NCBI GenBank assembly: GCA_004431415.1
Contig: QPMI01000668.1
Location: 15,385 to 79,384 of the forward strand
DNA: 64,000 nt
Source: Cyanophora paradoxa CCMP329
Lineage: Eukaryota; Plantae; Glaucophyta
Reading direction: 5' to 3'
Below, one piece after another: positions 1-12,503 of this stretch (position 1 is its first letter; every line of letters begins with the position of its first letter). The notes beneath the pieces were generated by a model. It saw only the letters and a list, made by a program, of their open reading frames with translations. It ran no database searches and was not told the DNA's origin. The translations under genes and the position numbers were made by a program.

Positions 1-620
1 TTGCAACAACAGAAAGGCGTTACCGAATCTATGCTACGCAGGTTCAGAAAATGCGGAAATATACTGGACAAGAAGGCCGTGGGTGTCTTTATCAACATTC
101 CAAAGTGAGTATGTGTTTCACTGTTGTCAATTTCAATTAATCCCACTGCACAGTTCCCATTATGTGTTTTGCGTCATGCTCAACTTCCAGAATATCTCTC
201 GTGATGTGGAAGACGCTTCCATGGAACCGTGCATTTTGTGCTGCGACTCTTTAAAAGGCGAATGCGATTGGGCCACGATTTGTCAAAATTTGAAACTGTA
301 CGACACATTTCCTTTTTCGAGATTTCGAATCTAATATGGGTCTCAGTGCTTGGTTCACACTGTGGAATGATACATCCATGTACTCAGACTTTCTGCGAAC
401 TGCAGTCGATCCTCTTCGTAAAATTGAGTATGTGGACGTACAGGTACATGCTTTCAGACTTCGAAAAATTACGAAATGCACGTTGAATGAAAGCAGATGT
501 TACAACAGTCCAACTATTCCGATTGCGGTCCTTTTTGTATGAAACTGAGTCAACTCCTTCGTAATAAGTTGGACATTTTCCAGCCTTCGCGCACATCGAC
601 TGGGCTTTGGCTGTCGGTAT
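1..620 (+). CDS. Ulp1/SENP (peptidase C48) domain #1, 5'-partial, multi-exon
   Basis: Spliced translation ...RRFRKCGNILDKKAVGVFINIPN|SHYVFCVMLNF...ILCCDSL...|MLQQSNYSDCGPFCM shows the His, Asp, oxyanion Gln and Cys motifs in C48 order. GT-AG introns. Confidence 0.8.
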
Positions 621-3600
621 TTCTTTTTTGTACTATAATATGATTTCAACTGATATCAGACAGCTCGAAAATCAGTTTGCTGCATCAGATATCGATGCTG
701 TCCGATCCGAATTGTCAACGGTCATTCGGGAAAAGGTACCAGTACTGTTTTATTAATGTCTTTCGTTGTTTCATATAATGTCCCATATGACACGCACCTT
801 ATCAGACAGCTATATATATCGAATCCCAAATTGGAGACAGGAAAAGTGCAATGGTTGAGAGAAGTGAACAAATGAGACATCTAATCGCGAAATTGGTGCT
901 CGTTTGTTACGTAAATTGGTATGCCTTTAGGCTGACATTACAAATAGGCTGAGAACTCGACTCCTGGTTCATTATTATCGGGAAGTATCTTTGAACAGAG
1001 TGATATCATCCATACTGCCGTCAGCAGTCCACCTAGTGGCTCGGTCTGGAATGTCTCATGCACGATGTGTTCCACTGCACCTCTTCATACTCCTATCATT
1101 TTGGCACCGTGCTTGGCTGTCGATTTACGTGAACTGCTGCTATCGTCTGGACTACCTTTGCCTGGTTTGACGATGACAGATGCGTTTTTGAGGAGTAATG
1201 TATCCAAGATCAACGAGGCTCGGATGTTGCTTGCTTCTGCATCAGGTTGTTTTTGCTTTCAATGTATTGTGCATGAATTTATTGTGAAAGGTACTTACCT
1301 TTTACACGTGTAGTTTATATTTTAATTTTACTGTGGGCAGGTTTCCATTCCTGCAGCCATTGTAAGCAAATGCACCCACCTGTGTGCAGTGTCGAAGGCA
1401 CTATCGGTTTCTCGGTGTGCAGCTGGATCGATTCACGCATTCGGTTTGGAGAAAATCGAGAAGGTTTCTCACCCTATATTTATGTGTGTGTGTAAATGTT
1501 GACTTTGAGCTCAGATATTGGGATACTCAAATCACGGGATGCAGATATATCGGCCAGGCTACAAGCTGTTTTCAACCGATGTCTGACTTCAAAAACGGTA
1601 GTTCATGCTCCATCTGCGCCTGTTTTCGACGTTGCTTCAGAGCTACACCGTGACAGTCTTTTATCTGAGCAACAACACGACGACACCTTTTCGTTTGGTG
1701 GCGATGAAGATAATCATGATTCGGTATTTGATATATTCCCGATGCTGAATTTCAATCATTTTCAGTGCTTTTTTGATTTACAAAGTTGTACAGGCCGGTA
1801 TTCCTCCAATTGAGTCGTCCTCTTCTCAACGTATTGCTGCGGTTGAACCGCCCTCACGATTTCCATCGCAAACAGTCCCAGTATATGTTCGTGCACCGTC
1901 TTCACATTTGAATTCGTCTGCAAACTCAGGTCCATAATTTGCCTGCAATTGCAATACGCATTTTGTGTACTGCTATTTAAGATAGTATTTTCGACTCTTC
2001 AGATCAAGTGCCTCTTACACATGCACCTGTTCATGAGGCTGCATCGCAATCACAAGGTGACACACAATCGTACTTATTATCGGCATAATTTAATTCCTCG
2101 TAATACAGTTCCTGCCGCCCCAAGACTTCCTTCCGAAGCTCCTCTCGAGGAGATTGGTCAGCCGTCTCAGCCTGATAGTGCACATGGACCCTCTTCAGAG
2201 TCGATTCGTGATGATGTTCCTCAACCACATACCGAGTCTCATGGTGATCTTGAACCTGATGCCGGAAATGAAATCTTTGAAGAGACCACCCTTTCTGACG
2301 GTTCTCATGAATTTTATTCATTCGATTGGCGGTTTTGTTAAGCTATCGCAGCCCTGGAACAGAGCAAGCTTCTACATGATGTAACCATTGATAAGTTCCT
2401 CCAGTATTTCCCAACTTTCACCGATGACATGCCTGTTGTGGAGAATGAGCCTGCATCGGAGAGCAATCAGGAAGCAGCAGAAATCACATCCCATCCACAG
2501 AACGGCAAGCATGATGATTCGTCCTTTCATTCTTGAAATGATACATATCCCGCGCAGTGATTTTGAAGCTGCTGTCAGTACCGTCAAATTCGTTGGCATC
2601 TGCGTCGGGCCCAGTAACATCACATGGTTTTGTCATTGGCTCTTCAATTGATTCATCGGTGGTCAATATACTTGCTAAGGCATCGTCGGATGTGGCACTC
2701 AGAATATTTCAACTAATGGCGGTGTTATCTCTCTTTCTGTATTCAGGGAGGGTTAAGTGTCTTCGAACCAGCTTTTCCAAGCAGCATCTTGCAAAGATAA
2801 TCGCCAAAGGTGCAAAGTCGATTCAGAGTCAAGTGTCTAATCGGTGGAGCAAATATGGAGAAGCACATCTGTTTCGAGAGATTGAGATGACCATCAAGCA
2901 TATATTCAACTTCAAAGAAGGAGGTAATGAGAAAGACTTCCTGAACAAGCGGATCCGAAAACTCTGCAGAGTACGGTTTTTTGTCTATTATTGAATGTGT
3001 GCGTAATGCTTACAATGAATTCAGCTCGGGTATATTTTTGCAAGTCGACCAGGGCTCATGACATTGTTCACATCGAATCCTGACTCAAACGATATCTTCA
3101 CTGCAAACACTCTCGTGAATTTGTTGCTGGACATGCAGAAACTGAATGCTTTCGAGCAAGTCAAACAATGCTTGATTGCACGTGGCGCAATCAATGGACG
3201 GCGTGTGGACGATCGAGTTTTTGACAGAGTAGTACTCTCTGAACTAGAGTTTTTGCCCACGAACGATGCTTGTTCAGAGTACGACTGGTTTTAGTATGTA
3301 TTTCGTATACAAATTTCAGATCATAACAGCATTGCACCCAAATCACGAGAGATTGTTGATCTCTCCAGTAATGACCTTCTCTCTCTGCAATCACGAGAGA
3401 TTGCTAATCCGTAAACATCTCCGTTTACTCGAATTACGGTGTACCCTGCTCGAAAAAGTGTACCCTTGCCTCCGAACTTGTTCTAGTTGCACTCAGCTAC
3501 ATCTCGATCCCGCAATCTGTGGTGAGTGATTCTTCTACTGTGAACTTCATCTGTGCTTTGCGTACATGTGACAACCTCGGCAGAGTCGCCCTCATGCATG

Positions 3601-3720
3601 AACCCTGAACTAATTCAGTGTGCACTCCTGGCAACACTTATTGTGTGGTGCGTAATGTTCATTCTGCTTTTGTACTACCTCATGCTCACAGCGGTGCGTT
3701 GATGCTTTGTTCAGATTATC

Positions 3721-5150
3721 ATGCCTAGACTACCTGCAGGAATTTTGGAAGGTGTCGACGTGGACACCCAGTCTCCTCCTTGTCCGAAGCCGTCATGCAA
3801 AGGAGGGAGATGCTTGCATTGCACGGCCCACTGTTGTCAGCCCAAAGATTTATGCAGACATGTGCGGGAACATCGGCAGGGTTCGCTTATTCGATACCAG
3901 TGGAACAAGAACAGTTGTTGGTTGGACACTCTTCTCCTCTTACTGGAAATTACCATTCTATCTCTTGCTATTCACGATTTAGCTCCGACAGTATCTGATG
4001 TAGACGAGGTGCACATCATTGGTGCAAGTGTCAAACATCTCGTACTCAAGCTACTATCTGAACCTTTTGGAACTTCTGTTGACACTTCATATCTCAATTC
4101 TGAACGAGATTTCATCCGGGAAAAATTAACACCGCATCTGCTGCCTGCTGAATTCCGTGCCCAAAAAGAGCACATAGATTCATCATCATCCTTCAACATA
4201 CTGGAAGCAATCGATCGTGTTGCATTTTTCTCACGCACAGGTGCTATACAATTCATATTCAATCAGAAACAGTACTATATTACTCATTTCGTACTATTCC
4301 TGCTTCCAGTCTCCACTATTTTTGGTCTACATCGAACAACTGTCCGATCTTGTCAAACATGTGCCAGCTCTACAACCAATACATCCTGGCGGAATCATAA
4401 TTATGTTCATGCTACACCATTACCACATTACATAACGGATACTGATGACGGATTATTATGGCGGTTTGGAGATCAAATTGCTGCAACTTGTTTTACAACA
4501 ACAACCGTGGTGCACTTCTATGTTCATTTTGTGCGCTTGCTTATCCTTACATGATTGTTACATAGGCTTCTTCAAACAGTCAGTGCCTTCAATGCAAAGC
4601 CGCACGTACCGCAGAACGCTGCTATGATGAATTACCTCTGGCCTTTACTGTGGCTACTGCAAACGCTTCATATGAGTTGCAAAACTTTCCCACGTCATTA
4701 CTAGTGTGTTACTTGCACACTAATTCAAGTATGTCGTAATTTCAATATCTGACAGTGGGTGTGCAGGTTCCAGATTTTTCCTCACAACATCATGTATTCA
4801 GGGAATACTGCCTCTCGACAGTGGTTGGGTTTCCTCGTCAGAATCACTACAATTGCATATTTTCAACTTCTATTCAGGGGCAATCTGGAATCTTTCTGTA
4901 TGACGACCTGGCATCAGTGGGCACAAATGGAAGTTTGCAGTACATCGCACCTACGTTCAATTCTCTTCAACATACCCCATGTGCCAAATTCAAGCTTGCT
5001 GATATTGCTGCCTTGGTCTTCACGAAAACGAGCAACGTTTCAAGTACTGTAACAGCTAATCATATATCTATTAAACGGAAAAATCATCTTCCGGAAGGTG
5101 CTGTTTTTCCAAAAGATGCTGTTATTCCGGGTGCAATTCCTACCAATAGA
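3721..5150 (+). CDS. USP-fold cysteine protease domain, USPL1-like (putative SUMO/ubiquitin isopeptidase)
   Basis: Cys box RYQWNKNSCWLDTLLLLL (~3890-3945), CxxC pairs (CQTC, CLQC), His box YCLSTVVGFPRQNHYNCIF...IFLYDDL (~4800-4910). Confidence 0.65.
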
Positions 5151-5167
5151 GGTGCAAGACATCATTC

Positions 5168-5960
5168 ATGTTCACTAACATTTTTTTCTCTTACCGATCT
5201 TCAGCTTCGCATTCGACGAAGCAAAAATTTATTGGAGTCGCTGATTCGATTGAACTCGACAGCACTGAACGGACGCGTATAACAACGAATGGTTGGTTTA
5301 CCGGCAATATTATAAACTACTACATTGGGCTTCTTAACGATGAACATCGGAGCTTTCGTATACCGCAAGCCAGAACGCATGTTGCTGTGGACACTCTGTT
5401 CCTTCCTCGATTGGAAGGAATGAATACAGGGATGTGCGGAATCTATACTGCTGAGCAAGCACTGCAGAAGTATGAACTCCGTGATCTCTTTCAACTTCAC
5501 AATCTCCTCATCCCATTGAATGTTCGGAACCAACACTGGGTATTGATTGTCATCAATATGCACGACTTCAGTGCCATATGGTTGGACCCTCTCGAATCTC
5601 AAGAATATACACCTTTCGAATTTCGTCAATCACGCATGCGCATCATTCATACCTTCCTCATGCAATCGTGGTCGTTACTATATGGTCATACCCCATTTCC
5701 AGGATCGAACTCCCTGATCGTCGCCACGTCACCTACATCCTACCTGCCATCGTTCCTGTATCCATTCCAACCCAATTCCTTCGACTGCGGACCTTTTATC
5801 TGCATGTACATGAAGATGTGCATGCGAAATTCGCAGATGCATCTTAGTAACGTTCATCTGGGCGGATTTCTCAGCACTCACGGGCCCATGGTTCGAGACG
5901 AAATCATGGAATCCATTAATACCAACACTATCATTCGAACTGGCAACCGTTACAATGGTG
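5168..5960 (+). CDS. Ulp1/SENP (peptidase C48) domain #2
   Basis: GWFTGNIINYY ... LLIPLNVRNQHWVLIVI ... WLDPL ... QPNSFDCGPFICMY; complete catalytic motif set. Confidence 0.92.
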
Positions 5961-6008
5961 CATGTGTTGTCGTTCCTAGCACGCTGTTCACACTGAAACA
6001 CGTCCCTA

Positions 6009-9000
6009 GTGTTTAATACAAGTCAATATTCAAGAACTAAAGTGGATCCCGTCGTCTCCCCCATGAAATCTACTACGTCATGTGACAACACTCGATCTAC
6101 AAAACAAGATAGCAGAAGGTTCTATTGTGGATTTCCAGCTTGCAAGAAAATCTGCTTCTCCACATTAAACGAACTACATCAACACCTGAAAGGTGAGTTG
6201 TCCCCCGTTGCTCTCCTCCATGCTAATTATATTGCGTAGAACATAGTTCGGAGACTCTTTCATTGCAGGACAGGAATCTGGTGGACATCGAATTGAGCAG
6301 TTCGTGTATATTACAAAAGAGTATTTCCTTCTTAATATTTTTGCAGTTCTCCAACGAAAGCAACGCGAGTTGGAGAAAAAGGAAATTCGTGCGAACACAA
6401 GTGATTTACCATTCGACGTGACAGAAGAACAGCTGTCGTCGGCAGCGCAACGAATGTGGGATTTCCGCGAAGACAAGGCCAAGTTATTTAACGCAGAATT
6501 TTCAGCCGTATCTACGTACTGCATATGCGCTGTCTGCGGAGAACGAAAACCATCTACCAAGTTTCTGAAACAAGACAAGAATCGAATGTACTCTTTGCAC
6601 AATGCCATTTTCCTTCCCTTGTTGACTGCCATTGAATCTTCGCAAGTGCGTTCTTTTCTTCCGTTTCTAACGATCATTTTCTCATGCTGTTATCGCATGC
6701 AGCGCCAATCTTCGACCCAAATTCCTGCAGAAATCGTACACATACTTTTTTACCCAACAATTGTTTCATTACTGAAAACGCTTCAGGTGGCCCAACTTCT
6801 TCATGCAGCTGGCATCGCCCACAACAACGTATTCCATCCTCATGACATCATTCAAGATCGTTTGAATTCTATTATTCGTTCAAATGTCGGTCTGGTGCGC
6901 GTTGTATACACTGTCTTATCCAATTGTGAGTTTTCACGATCACTGCATCAGGAAACTGATCTTCGAATCAAGAATCTGTCGTCTTTTACAGCACAAATGT
7001 GTGCCTCATGTCGTGAGTGTTTGCAAAAAGACAATAAACCTCCAAAGTTCTGCAAGGCCACTGGTTTCGATTTTGGCGATATACCTCCCGAACTTGCAGA
7101 ACTCACGGTACGTTCACATGATTTCACATGTCCACTCTACACTCATCCCTGTTTTTGAATAAAAGGAGGCAGAGGCTCGGACAATCTCAATAGTGCTAGT
7201 CACTTCTACACTGATTCCTACTATTGGTCGTCAAAAGGCGAGTCGAGGGTGCACCATGACTTTCATCAACGACATCCCAGAATTTTGCAAAAAGCTTCCC
7301 CGACCAGAATCAGACATACAAATGGTGTGGATCAGGTAAACGACACCTCATTAAGTAATGCGCGCACACTATTAACTTTGGATCAGATATCCAGGAACTG
7401 CTGCAAAGATGCCATGCATGGCAAATTTGCGACCTGACAAAATCTGGAGTGCTTTGATTTGGTTGAAAGACCACAATCCTTTGTACTGCGATGTCGAAAT
7501 CGACGAAGACCTACTGAACTCATGGAGGCACAAACATGTCATATCAATACCAATTGCAGAAGCAAATGATGATCTCAACAATGATGTTTCAGCAGATGCG
7601 GCAGATGATGGACTCGAACAGCAACCACGAGCTGATCGTGGCGAGAATGTAGCAGAAGACGAACTTCCTGAGATAAGTGACCACTATCTGATTCCTACAC
7701 CTCCTGCCAAGGGGATGCCAGAAGATGTTGCCATGGCCTTTATCCGGAAAAAGTGCGGTTCTAAGGTACAGAACTATTCTTTTCCCCTCATTTTCAAATC
7801 TGATAATATCCAAATCTGGAAACAAATGACACTGGTTACGATCCAACCAAAGTCCACATATTCAACGCCAAGTCTGACCTCGAAATGTGCAAAGAGTACG
7901 AGGAGGGAGATCTGTTCGCATTGGCGTTTCCTGTTCTTTTCCCATACGGCCGTGGATCTTTCTTGAAATGGAAAAGAGGACCAGTCATTGCACATCAGCG
8001 AGAATACTTCGCATATCTCCTGCGATTTTTCGACTACCGCTTTCAGCGATGCGCTCCATTTCTCTTCTTTGCACACGACCTCCTCCAACGGCATAAAATA
8101 GGTCATTCCAGCTATTCATTGCCATATCTTTACCATTTCCCACGATTTTCTAACGTTTCCCAGATGGCATTGCGTCTACTGTCTCCAGAAAATTGGAAAA
8201 CAGTCCAATCAGTTTTTCGTCCCTCCCATCGAAGACCGATTTAATGGATGCTACCACTCAATGGAAATTCAAGCAGGCTGCACGGGATTTTCTCACGTCC
8301 TTGCAGCCATATTGGTCGACGTATGTGTATGAACTTGACATTGCCCTTCAGAATTTGACTCTCTTCTCAGTGTTAAAGGATCTCCGGGAGAGATGAAAGA
8401 AGCCAGGCAGAAGGCTTTTGGAATGCTAGAAGGCTCTGCTATGCCTCACATACGAGTGCCTACGATTTTCTCCACTACGTCCCCTGCTGATATTTTTTGG
8501 CCGGAGTTTTTTGTTGCATGCGGATATGCATCTTCCATCGAAGATGCCAAAAATCTATCCAGCTGACGTAGATTTCAGGCCCTCTCCGAGTTTCCAGCCC
8601 TTGCAGCGGAGATTTTCATGAATCGGTGGGACCTAATGCTTCATGTTGCATTCGGAGGTACTATGCCGTTGTAAATTTACTTAAGTCATGTTCGTTGCTT
8701 ACCTGATTCCCAGCTGATAAGACAAGGACAACAAATCGCCCAGAAGACAGATATGGCATCCTTGGTGACATTCAAGATTTTTTCTGGAGGGTCGAATGTC
8801 AGACCAGAGGAAGCCTTCACGTTCATGCCATCATGTGGTCAGTCTTATGGGGATTTTCACGTGACGACATCATCAACCTGCAACGGAACTGGAAGGGAAA
8901 GGAGAATACCATGCTAGTCTCGGATCCGGTCGATTCCAACATTGCAACCTACAGTCAAGATGGCAGAGAGCTTCTTGCTAAAATACTTGATTTATATCTG

Positions 9001-10120
9001 TCATGCATGTTACCAGATGGCACACCTACACACACCAGCGAAGAACTCAGTGGGGTGATTTCAGCCCCTGTCTTTCTGTTCTGTTCCCTTTGCAATCTGT
9101 TCCAATGACCACATCGTTTACAGAACCCCCATTTGCATCCATCCGCCAAGCCATACGTCCCAGCCGACAGTCCGATGGATCCTGCCCGACTCCAGGACAC
9201 AGTTGACTTGGTGACTCACTGCGTCACCCATCACTGCATCCCGAAGTACTGCTTTAAGAAAGGGAGTCATTGCAAAGTTCTTCAACGAAACGGTGATATT
9301 CGCGAGAAATCAGAAGTGCTATTGGCAACGTCTTCAAATCGAGTCGAGGAGACATTCAAGGTACCCATAACCACTGTTTGTTTCAAATAAGCATCTCATG
9401 TGCACATCATCTGCAGACATGCATGAAACGTAACACGACCAATGTAACAATTCATGCCCCCCATCATCTCTCCATCTCCAGATCGAATGTACATGATGAT
9501 TTTATCAGCAACGAATACGGATGCGGAGAATACGTTACGGCGTACACCACTAAGATGGATCTTGGCCTGGATGGTCTCATCAAAGTGTGTGGACACGCGT
9601 TACAACGGCTACCTCCCAACACTTGCCCGAACTTGCAGACCTGTTTCAAGACTGTCATGAAAGCTGCAATTGGCAGTCAAGTCGTTCATGCCCAAGCAGC
9701 ATGTATTACACTACTTGGTTATCAACACTATGAGGCTTCACGTGCTTTCGAGACCATCCGCATCCCCTTTCCGGATTCGCCGAAATGGTTCATCCGTTCA
9801 GATGACGACCTAGACTCCAAACCCGACGACGAACACTTCGACGATATCTCCAAAACAAACACTTCACAACTGATTTATGCCAACCGCCCGACCAACACTC
9901 ATGCTTGTAACATCCACAATTTTGATTTCGACAACCTTAGCTACAAAGAATTCAGGTGCCAATTCTACCACACCAAGCATGATGCTACAAGTGAGAGATG
10001 CAACACTCGCTACCCTATCCGTATCCAAGATCCGAACTCGGTTAAACCGGATTACTACATCATGCAGAGATCAAAATCAGCTGTGGTTCTAGTACATCCG
10101 AACATTCCGGCCGACTTCAC
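6009..10120 (+). pseudogene. Helitron Rep region: C2H2 finger, Cys-rich DUF6570-like region, HUH Rep; one in-frame stop
   Basis: CGFPACKKICFSTLNELHQH; CAVCGE...CASCRECL..KPPKF...FGDIPPELAELT; LAFPVLFPYGRG; motif 1 PTIFSTTSPADIFWPE; HUH RVECQTRGSLHVHAIMW (8791-8838); EYVTAYTTK (YxxxYxxK). TGA at 8564-8566 in frame. Confidence 0.85.
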
Positions 10121-10129
10121 AGATGAACG

Positions 10130-12465
10130 GTGCGCCCACCCTTTCAGTGTCCTCTTTCACATTCAATTCATTATACGTACAGCTTTTGTTTTTCCGCGTT
10201 GTTTCTTCATGTTCCTTGGCGCTCCACCGAATCTCTGCTTTCGCCTGGAACCACCGCCCGGCAAACCTTGGCAGCCATTTGGGGTTCATTGCCTCCTCGA
10301 GTACAAGACTCGATCGCCAAGAAGGCGCTCATCGAAGAACTTTGGAAGGAAAAAGCTGATCTAGATAAGCCGATCACAGGCAACTCTTCTACCGATGCAA
10401 CCCCCATGTCGTTCGAAGATTTTGCCCTTCGTGCGGCGATACTGGAGGACAGAAATGTTGAAGTGTATGCCTCCACCAGCATCATGGATCTGTGGCAGCG
10501 AGTTCGACCCATTATTGCAGATGACATCAATGTCTACGAATCAGCCGCCAACTACTGGTCATCGTGCAAAAATATCGCCAAGAAAGCTCGACAGGACTTT
10601 AATGCCACGAAGGCTATGGAGGCTGAGGCACTCCGACAGGCACGGTTACAGGACACCAATTCCAATCACAGCGACACATCCTTGCTCACGGATCCTGCTT
10701 TCATTGGGTTGGATATCCACGGCCAGCAGCAGGCCTTGTCAATTATCCATGAACACACACTGGGACCTCGTTCCACAGCCCAACTTCTCATGGTTATTCA
10801 TGGAGGCGCAGGGGTTGGCAAGAGCAAAGTCATTGCCGCAATTGACCACTACCTTTTTCGCAATGCTTCATTCATGCCTACATCACGCTTCGGGCCAATT
10901 GTTATCGTTTCCATCACCGGCACAGCAGCTTCAAATGTCGATGGCTACACCATTGCATCCGTGTTCGGGAGTGCTCCCTCTAAAACAGGCCGTCAACACC
11001 TGTTCTCGAAAGACCCCCATAAATCAGCTCAAGAATTGAAGGGTACAAGCACCATTATCATTGAAGAGTTCAGCATGTGCTCTGCTGATCAGCTCGTCTG
11101 GATCAACCACGTCTGCCAATTGTCAGCTGGCTCAGATTCATCTCTTAAGGATGCCCCCTTCGGTGGTAAGAACGTTATTTTGGTCGGCGACCTATACCAA
11201 GCTATTCCAGTACGAGGATTTTCAGTTGCAAGACTGTTCTCGGATCTATCTCAAGAATCGAACGCTGCGGTTCTGATGGAAGCACGTCGTCTATACGAAC
11301 TATTTAATGTCGTCATCGTTTTGGAGCATATTCACCGCCAGCTCGAAGGCGATCCGCTCGGGCTCATGTCTCCAGCTATTCGAACTGGGAGCATGACCAA
11401 CGAGCAGTGCGCTCTTCTCAACACACGATTCGTGGCAAACTGGGAAGACCCAAATGCAGGAATCCCCAAGAATGCATGGCATGTGTGCTACACAAATGAC
11501 CTTCGCAACGAGATTAACAACAAATGTCTTAATGCTCTGACGCTACACGAAGCTCCTATTTGTTTCTGGGCAAACCACTTCATCATGTCAGCCACGGGAG
11601 ACGATCGCAAGCGCAAGCGTAATGTACATGATCCAACAGATCTCAGCCTCGATGCGAACGCCATCCAGTCTGCAATTTTCTCAAAGGCACTTGACATGCC
11701 CGAGAGCGAATTCCAAGATCACAATTTCATCGTATTGTGTAAGGGTACGCAAACTTTTCACCAACCTCCCTTCAAAAGCCAACATTTGCCCCAGGCGCCC
11801 AAGTTATGGTTACCACCAACCTGGCAACCGAGCTCGGCCTCACCAATGGTGCTAGAGGAACTGTCGAAACGTTCCTCGTGTACACCAAATCCGATCATCC
11901 TCAAACCCGAGAAGAAGCTTTCAGAATGCAAGGCAACAACTTCTGGAAACCACCAATTGTACTCGTCCGATTTCCCTCATCAGTGTACAAGGGCCCAAAT
12001 TACAACTTGGAGTTTGCAAACATACCCCACATTCCTGATACATCTCTCGTACCAATCCCCTATTATCGCAACACGCTCCATCGCATGACTGTGAAAGCTG
12101 GCACGCCCGAAGGGGGCCGAATTACCAGTGTCGTTGAGAGAAGCCAACTCCCGTTGACTCTTTCATTTGCTTCGACCATCCACAAGGCCCAAGGGCAGAC
12201 CACAGCTCATCTCGTCGTCCACGCGGATAATGGCATGCATCAACCAGGACTTGCACATGTCGCTACTACACGATGCAAAACTTTGAAAGGGCTCTTCATT
12301 ACGCGACGGCGGATGACTCCTGACATGTTCCGGAGTGGGCGACGCAAGACTATTCAGGCAAAGAAAGACGTCATGGATTATGTCGACGACGAAGACGTAC
12401 GTTTCAAACGCTTAGCAGATATCACGGTCCAGACTTATGGCTTGACTCCCTATCGCAAACTGTAG
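10130..12465 (+). CDS. PIF1-family SF1B helicase domain of RepHel
   Basis: GGAGVGKS (Walker A), IIIEEFSM (Walker B variant), PFGGKNVILVGDLYQAIPV, HRQ, VTTNL...GLTNGARG, QLPLTLSFASTIHKAQGQT, HVATTR. The frame change near 11745-11794 is a GT-AG intron. Confidence 0.95.
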
Positions 12466-12503
12466 CCATCTCTTTTGTAATGACAAATTCATATTACTGT
12501 TGA

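Noticed and set aside
1-300. Possible MULE/KDZ transposase fragment in an alternative frame
   Set aside because: That frame has a stop and no DDE motifs; the Ulp1 frame explains the region.
3340-3410. Short direct repeat AATCACGAGAGATTG
   Set aside because: Only two copies within an exon-like region; not a CRISPR array or a TSD.
11745-11806. Apparent frameshift in the PIF1 helicase
   Set aside because: Explained by a short GT-AG intron giving LCKGAQVMVTTN.
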